Part shown: positions 49,904 to 64,000 of the stretch, in pieces
Numbering within the stretch: position 1 is the first letter of the stretch
How the letters are laid out: each line of letters starts with the position of its first letter
Assembly (NCBI GenBank): GCA_001949185.1
Contig: BDGG01000001.1
Span: forward strand, 3,551,324-3,615,323
Length of the DNA stretch: 64,000 nt
Source of the DNA: Ramazzottius varieornatus
Taxonomy: Eukaryota > Animalia > Tardigrada
Direction of reading: 5' to 3'
The notes under the pieces: generated by a model
What the model saw: the letters and a program-made list of their open reading frames with translations, nothing else
Database searches by the model: none
Told to the model about the DNA's origin: nothing
Position numbers and translations under genes: made by a program

Positions 49904-50548
49904 GTGAGCCGGGCGATTCAAAAGTCCACAGTACTTTTACCGCGGGTGCATGCGCGGAGTAGAGCACGGAATCTGGCCGCATGCGCTGTACTGCACTGCA
50001 GCACAGCTGCACCGCGTGAACTGACGAAATGTGTGCGGCACAGCACAGCATGCAGCAGAAAGCCATAGACTGCCGCGCAGATGCACCTACCGAAACCTAA
50101 CAACCATCACAGTTTTTGGGCATTCGAACGTCAGCCGTCTCAGCTTTGCCGTGCTTTAAGGCAACATCCTCCAGGTTGACTACTGATTTCGCTGACTGAA
50201 TTACAAACCACGTCAATACATCGGCGTTCCGCGCAGTTGCACCAGGTCAACGTGCATCTGCAGCACAGCTGCTTAGCCACTGGGCATGAAAGTTGTGCAG
50301 CGCAGCGCAGCACAGCGCAGCGTACAGCGCCCTGGTAATGTGCGCAGCACAGTCACAGCGTACTTTCGGACCTGCGGCCCAGTGCTCTAGCGCGGAGAAA
50401 CTCCACGCGCGGTGAAATACTTTTTCCGCGCATCCACCCGCGGACTATGACGACAGTTTCACCGCGGGTGTACGCGCGGAGGAACTGACTTTATCCGCGC
50501 ATGCACCCGCGGTAAAAGTACTGTGGACTTTTGAATCGCCCGGCTCAC
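49904..50548. mobile_element. Short MITE with about 55-bp perfect TIRs, interrupted by a hAT MITE
   Basis: GTGAGCCGGGCGATTCAAAAGTCCACAGTACTTTTACCGCGGGTGCATGCGCGGA with its exact reverse complement ending at 50548; TSD unclear. Confidence 0.8.
49960..50389 (+). mobile_element. hAT MITE (430 bp) related to the 41653-44608 element
   Basis: 8-bp TSD GCGCGGAG (49952-59, 50390-97); ends TAGAGCAC / GTGCTCTA; shares ATCTGGCCGC (left), GACCTGCGGCCCAG (right) and GCAGC repeats with the larger element. Confidence 0.9.
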
Positions 50549-52057
50549 TAAGCTTTACAACCCGAAGGGGAGTAGTAGACACTTTGCTAAAGTGGCGCAG
50601 TTTAGAGATCGTTTCTGCACCCGAAAAGTGGGAATTTTTATTTTGGAAAAACACGAACTCGCAATGAGATAACTCCAGACTGCTGTCATGAAGAACCAAC
50701 TAATTCTATAGACTGACACGATTCCCTTCGAAATCGGTCAAGCCAGTAGCTGAAGAAAAAATTCGGGAAAAACGGAAGAAATGTTCCCCCGCTGACTATA
50801 AACCTAGCTTTCTCCTCCCGCGGGCAACACACGGACTTGATTCTTGCTGCGGAAAAAAAGAAGAGGATTGGTGGACAACCCACCACATAAAGCAGAAGAG
50901 AAAAGACAAAAATCGCACTCGCAAAAAAATTTCCAAATGTGTTCCTTCGAAAAGAAACAAGTCATACTTGCGCACCTGATAACTTCTCGACAGGATGCAC
51001 GATTCGGTGTAGGCGGAAACGGACACCTGTTCTGCAGTCTATGACTGATTTATTCTTAAAGACGAAGGTTTTCTCCCCCGAAAATATAGCGGAAGATGTC
51101 TTTACGCACACACCCAGCGCAAGTACGAATACCTTTTCCATAAAAGTAGGTGGCTGTAAAACTGTTAGAGCAGCATCTTAACAATTACCGCAAGGTTACC
51201 GTTCTGTAGAAGGAAGTTTAATGTTTTTTCTGGAGCACATGTTCTCCAACTCGCATTTTCTGACTACTTTTGACATACTTTTCAGAAAATTCGTACTCTC
51301 GTCGTACTGATGCTGATGGTTCCTCGTCCAAAATCAATCCTACGAGCAAAATCATGTGACTACCTGAAAAGGGAGAGAGTGTGGTGCTGCCTCGAAAGGC
51401 CCGTTGGCGTCAACGTTTTAGATCTCGTTTGCACAGCGAAAACCAGCATCATGAAACCGGAGCCCGTCCCAAAGAATGCAGAAGGAGCTTGTGTTTAAAA
51501 ATCAGTCATCGCTAATGCAAGAAACACTTGATCTGATTTTTTCTCGAACGTGAAAGCGTGTTCCCACCAGTTTGCTGGAACTCACTGTAACAGAAGAACG
51601 GTAAGGTCGGATAAAAGGCTTCCGAGCTCATGCGAATTCCAGGCAGAAACCACTTTCTTTACAGTCTATACGGTAGGTACGAGTTCGCAATGCGTGGCCG
51701 GAATTCATGACTCGAAACGCTATTTACAGAAGCTGTGATTCATCCGAATTTTGTTTACAGTTTACTTGGTTTACTCTAATCATTAATCGCCAGTTAAGCT
51801 ACACCATGACAAGAAAACTTGTTTGGTACTTCGCCGGAAGCACGAATCGGTGGGCGTTGGATTTTCCCCATTATATGAAGCTCGGTCAAATTCTTGGCCG
51901 AGAGCTCTGCGGTGCATTTTTTCTCCAGACGAGTGTTTAGCTGAATTATAAATAACGGCACTCGTTACGGCAACAGTTGACTCTTTTTCACCAGCCTTCG
52001 CCTTTCTCACGTCTACGTTTTTATATTTTTAGCCACCCTTTACCGCTCCCCTAAAAT

Positions 52058-54233
52058 ATGGATTTCCTATCGGGTAAAAATAAGAACAAGTGTGGAGGAT
52101 GCGGCAACAAGATCAATGCCAACGAGGTGATGACAATAGCGAACCCTGTTATCTTTTCCCACGTTCTGCAAAGAAGGTACCTTGTTACTGTCCTCTGAAT
52201 AATTGATGTGGCTCTTCTTCTTTACAGCCCAGTGTGGAAGCCATGAAACGGAAATTTCACTCCAAGTGCTTCGCTTGCGCTCGCTGCGGCGACACAATCA
52301 CCGAGGACTTCCATCCGGTCGATGACAAACCCTGGTGTGACCGCTGTTACATCAAGCATAAAGCGCCGAAATGCGAACTGTGCAAGCAGGGCATTGCAGG
52401 TGATGTTTTAAGCTTCAACACTCACTTTTGCTCTTTCTTTAACTGTTTATTTTTTTGATCGGCGCCGGAAATGTGCTGAATTGTCATATTACTCGAATAC
52501 ATAAACGCCAAGTTTTCTCACTGAAGCTTAACGAGTAACTTTTGGCTGGTGTAAGTTCTTAATCCCTTGGTACGGTGATGGTCCGCGTACTAATATGCTA
52601 TGTACCGGCAGCATAGCTCACGAGTCTTCTTCAAAAGTCCTGCGCGCAGGAGATCTGATCTGGAACTCGGTTGGTCAAATATTTAATTTCGAACTTACAT
52701 TTCCGAGTTGTTGTCCACAACAAACGTCTTGTAGTCGCCATCAAGTACTTTGTGTGCTTTATGCTGACGATTTAATTATCTGTTTGCAGACAAGCGTATC
52801 AAGACCGACGACGGAAAAGTTTACCACGAAGCTTGCATCCAAAAAGCCACACAAGGAAATTGCGACGGCTGTGGAAAGTCTATTGGCTTGACTGAGGTAA
52901 GGTGTATGCGACTAATGACAGGGTACCTTAAAGCCGTTCGAGAACTTCACCCGCGAAATATGGCTTTTGTGTTGTCAACATTATAATTACAGCTTTGTTT
53001 ATCTTCATTCCACTGTCTTCTTTTCTTTAGCCTGTCACCGAGGCTCTCGGCAAATCGTATCACCAAGGCTGCTTTGTCTGCGGGCAGTGCAAAGGAGAAC
53101 TGCCGAGCCAGTTCTCTGTCGACAAGAGCGGTACGCCTTTGTGCAGCAACTGCTCGACCAACAAGAAGAAAATGTCTGACGATAGCTATGTTGAACGTCG
53201 ATCGGAAAGCCCGGTCTTCGAAGGTGAACGCCTATCGGAGACTGTAGAGGTCCGCAAGATTGACGACGATCATGCTCGACGAGGGTCCGCCACTGAAACG
53301 GGGTCGGAGACCATGGTTCGAACTTCGAGTGCCAACGAGTTGAACGAGTTGGGCAACGAAGGAAAGAAGCATATGGAGAACACCCAAACGTATGTACGGG
53401 ATAGTGCGGGGGGTGATGATACTCGTAAGGGGTCGCTGGGTGGAATGCAGCATAACGAACAACAACAACACCAAGTGCTCGATGGCGGCTGGTTCGGTAT
53501 GCCAACGTACCGCCGAACCAACTTGCGCATGGTGGAGAAGGACGACCATTGTAATGTCTGCGGCGATGCCATCACCACAGGGGGTAAGGTCTCCGTTAGG
53601 GGACTCAACTTCCACGAAGACTGTTTTGAGAACGTTCGTGTTGGAGAATGCAGTGGCTGTCATGAAAAGATTCGTCTGACTGACGTAAGCTTGAACAACT
53701 GGCGTCTTAAAAATCGGGTTTTTCGAATTTGGGAAGACAGCATAAAAATGGATATCCTTAAATAATACGCACCGAAAAAATAATACAATGTTACGTTGGT
53801 GTTGGTGTTGTTATTTCAGGAAAGTGTTTCAGTGCCGAAGATTCAGCGCGACTGGCATAAGCAGTGCTTGAACTGTGGACTATGCAAGGGTCCGCTGCAC
53901 TCAGGAGCTTTTCAGCTGTACAACGATATTCCAACTTGTGATACTTGTTACATAAAAAGTCTAGCGCCAAAGTGCAGCGGGTGTGATCAGCCTGTAGGTG
54001 GCTCTCAACTGAAGGCTATGCAAAAAATCTGGCATCCCGACTGCTTCAACTGTGACGTAAGGACATCTTATTCCTAACAAATTATGTTATTATTTGATCT
54101 TCAACTCTCACCAAACATTTTCCTGTAGGTGTGCCGCGAACCATTGTACCGAAGTGGACAAGAATACTTTAACGTGGAGGGAAGACCCATGTGCTTACGT
54201 GACGTTCAAGCTGCCAACATCAAAGTGATGTAA
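52058..54233 (+). CDS. Multi-LIM-domain protein (paxillin/leupaxin-like LIMs) with two half-LIM fingers; multi-exon
   Basis: CGGC..EAMKRKFHSKCFACARC..PWCDRC, EALGKSYHQGCFVCGQC..PLCSNC, DWHKQCLNCGLC..PTCDTC and KAMQKIWHPDCFNCDVC..PMCLRD; stop TAA 54231-33. Confidence 0.88.
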
Positions 54234-54786
54234 ACTGGAGGACAAGAAGGAACTGAGCTATTCTGAATGAAATCCCATTTGGCAGTTTTGTTTTCTGAAT
54301 GTCGGCATTCGCTAATGTTGATAGGATATAGGTTGGACGTGGATGTGTGAAAACTTCGCGTACCGCGCTGCACATAGTCAGGCACCTGATCATTACGCCG
54401 GTGGCGCCATTTCTCTTCTTCTCGCGTGGGTTTTGCTTCCATATACTAGTGGAATTGTTATATGAGGTGCCCATTAAAATCGCTGAGACTCGTAGCTTTA
54501 ATAAATACTCTGTCGTGATCCGGCAGCCCATTAGCACTTCAAGTCTGCAAAACAGCCAGGTCCGTTCCCATACAAAGATCCGTAAAACTCCAACATATTG
54601 CTCTGCATTAAACTCTTCCATCATCACAGCTGTGGCATAATTATCGGTCTCGACCGGGTAAAATTTGAAACAACAGTCCTGAATAAAAAGCATCCTGCCC
54701 TGAATACTCTACATGCCCAGAGTATTTACAGCAAGAGTTCAAAAGAAAGAAAGAGTCAAAAGAGGAAGATTTTGATTGAGACTATG

Positions 54787-61480
<6,694 letters not shown>

Positions 61481-62116
61481 GATGTCCGGTATCTACACCA
61501 TCGACAAACAGGAGGAAGAACAGCAGAAACTTCAGCTGGGATTCCCTCTCCTCCGCACCATCCCGTAAGAAATCCTGATAAAATTTCCAACCGATAAGTG
61601 TGCTCCCCGGGAAGATATTTACGGACTGCTAGAACAGGACCACAAGTCCATCTAGACCAGATGAAAACAGACTACCAACGAATTCCCGGAAGAACGACAG
61701 AGATTTGACTCGCAGCTATAAACACATCCTCAAGACCAACGTCAGGACGCCAGCAAACCTGTCATGACGCTGGTGAAAGTGAGCAGAACTTAATGGCTAT
61801 AAGACTTCCTCCTGTGTTGTGGCACGGCATCGGGCATGGCTGTCGAGAAGGTTATGTGGCTGGTGAGACTCTGCCGACGTCAATGGCGAACGTACGCCTC
61901 CATCAGCCAATAATGTGTACAGCATTCGCAGCGCTCCTTGCCCACCATGGAAACCCGCTTACGCAAAGGCCGTGGAATATAACTCCCGTACGCGTTGGTC
62001 CTCTTCAGTGTTCCCGTGTCGTGCGGCGTGCTGATAAACGATCCAGAATGACGAGGGTGCTTCCAGTGAGGATCACGTCTTCAGCTTGTACCGTAACTGC
62101 GATTGAACGCCACAAC

Positions 62117-62176
62117 CGCAGTGACGTCAGGGATATTACGGCATATACCGGTTAACTATCATGCGCAGTGACGTCA
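62117..62176. promoter_or_regulatory. Tandem full CRE palindromes upstream of SIK
   Basis: TGACGTCA at 62122-29 and 62169-76, both in the context CGCAGTGACGTCA; further copies in SIK introns at 60364 and 58878. Confidence 0.6.
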
Positions 62177-64000
62177 CAGAAGTATTCGACTTGATTGAGC
62201 ATCTGACTTGATTAGAAAAGCTCACTTAATTGATGACATCGTTGTTGCAAAATATCAAAGTAGCGGACCAGCGAGGGCTGCAAGGTCTGTGACTTGTTTC
62301 CTCGTTTTTATGCTGTCACAGTAGGTTTTCTGGCCGCACTGAGTGTGTTACGTTTTGCCGGATGAAGTGATTGGTACGTTCTTGGGTAGCTGCTTTAGTT
62401 TGCGAAATGCGCGTGCGAAGAGAGGTATTCGTTTCCAAAGGTTGGGCTGTTCGCGAAGTTAAGGTTGAGTCAAGTTGATTGCTGGGTCGTCCATCGTCCG
62501 CAATTTCCATTTTCTGGAAGAATTAATAAAACTGCCATTTCTTGCGCGTATAAACATTGACTTACGCGCAAAAGCTATTTCGCACGTTAATTGATTCGGT
62601 AGAAAACGTGAGCATATTGGTGGACGGAAGGAGTTTTATTATCATTTTTTGCTATCATGCAGAGAGCCTCAGTATAGGCAGGGCGTGGAAGCGTTTGAAG
62701 AGGAGCACAAAATCATATCAGTCCGCAAATAGCTCTTTAGTCGCTTCTTCAGTGTTTGACGCATACAAATAGCTTGTCGATCGTCAGACAAAGTTTGCTG
62801 ATGCAGCCACACGGAATGCCAATATCAATTTAAACAGTCGTGCGACCTTCGTTAAAATGTTCCCGATACCTGTCATGCTCGCCTAACCTTGGCTGAATTG
62901 TCGTGTCTATTCGTAAACCTGAGCGGAAGCTTACCCAACTACCCATGCCTTCTCCTCAATTCCTAGCCAAGCTGACGTACCGGTGCGTATTCCTGGCGTG
63001 ATAACGAGCCCTCTCCACAAATCCCGACTCTACTCTAAAAATATGGCAACTCGGTAGTACCAAGCGTGGAGCTAACGAACGTGAGCCGGTATTCTACGGA
63101 AAGTGTCGGCATTGCAGAACCGAACTTATCGAGAGTCCGCGATAAGCAAAAAGAGGAACGGTATGAAAACCGCAAATCGGGAATCACATTGAAAAGTCAA
63201 AGCTGTTCACGGCTCACGTGGTTTTGCACCATCGGAACAGACACACAGTTATCGAAAGAAAACATGCAGGTGCAGTATTTTTGTCAAACAGAAAAATTTT
63301 GCTCCAAGAGGAAGAGCTTAAACAACAAAGACCCTTGTGGAAAAATCCGCAAGCCATTGTGTACAGAAATGAAAGCCAAACTAAAACAAAGGAACCCGTT
63401 GGCCTTTCCGGTCACCATGTCGATGTTACTCAAATCGAAGTCCGAAGAAACTGGCAGGAGATGCATGCAGTTATATCATAGATCGAAGTACAGTATTACG
63501 AAGTGGCTATTTGCTCCCCCTTTTGGGTGGGTGGTGCTAATAGCCATCAACTATTTGCTCCACCCATCTGTGTGCAAGCAGCTGTCAGCTACTTGCGCCA
63601 CCCTTGAAGGAATCGTATCTAACCGATGTCTCGTCCACACCTGCACTAGCGGTGCCTTTCCGTTTTAGCCCATCTTACAGCTTCTTTGATATAGGATTTT
63701 CCACCTTTGCACCCCAGAAGATCCAGGGGTCTTGCGCAGCGTGAAAAAGGTGTAGTGGAATGATGAAGGGTGCCCTTAATAAAATCAACTAAATTGATAT
63801 TCGCAAATTCTCGTAACGCAGAAGTGTAGCTGGAGTGTCGCTCCATCAGGAGCAAGTAGCATGTGAAGTAAGGATGCGCATTCCGCCTGACTTGTTTCCT
63901 GGAACGAAATTCGGAGCGGAATTCTGAATTCCGTTCCGTTCCTTTTTTCCGTTTTCCAAAACGGCCGGATCAAAGATCGAAATTCCAAAGCTGCAGGATA

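Noticed and set aside
41660-50380. GCAGC/TGCA short repeat arrays as CRISPR or satellite
   Set aside because: No constant repeat-spacer periodicity; they sit at transposon ends and are explained as hAT subterminal repeats. The context is eukaryotic.
63066-63668. 200-aa ORF upstream of SIK
   Set aside because: GTG start, no recognisable motif and no splice support; probably a chance ORF.
63901-63937. Hairpin GGAACGAAATTCGGA...TCTGAATTCCGTTCC followed by a T run, terminator-like
   Set aside because: Rho-independent terminators do not apply in this eukaryotic context; it may be a repeat end truncated by the window edge.

Overview
Gene-dense eukaryotic (metazoan) DNA with very short introns (mostly about 55-100 nt). 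The compactness and gene set suggest a small-genome invertebrate such as a tardigrade, but that is a guess. Host genes in order: an Ig3-FN3 adhesion molecule (+), USP2-like deubiquitinase (-), pyruvate dehydrogenase phosphatase (-), selenoprotein S ending in UGA-UAA with a GUGA-type SECIS (+), a secreted Cys-rich orphan (-), a TRPA-type channel (+), a GnRH/AKH-family GPCR (-), an orphan with a basic disordered tail (-), ABHD10 (-), a small TM protein and an LDLa fragment (-), a LIM/half-LIM protein (+), and SIK kinase (-) with a cluster of CRE palindromes. About 30.9-50.6 kb is mostly nested cut-and-paste transposons: hAT, a PHIS/Harbinger (Pangu-like) element, Tc4/Tc5-like elements and MITEs, with readable TIRs and target-site duplications. 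All gene models were spliced by eye, and no database searches were run.
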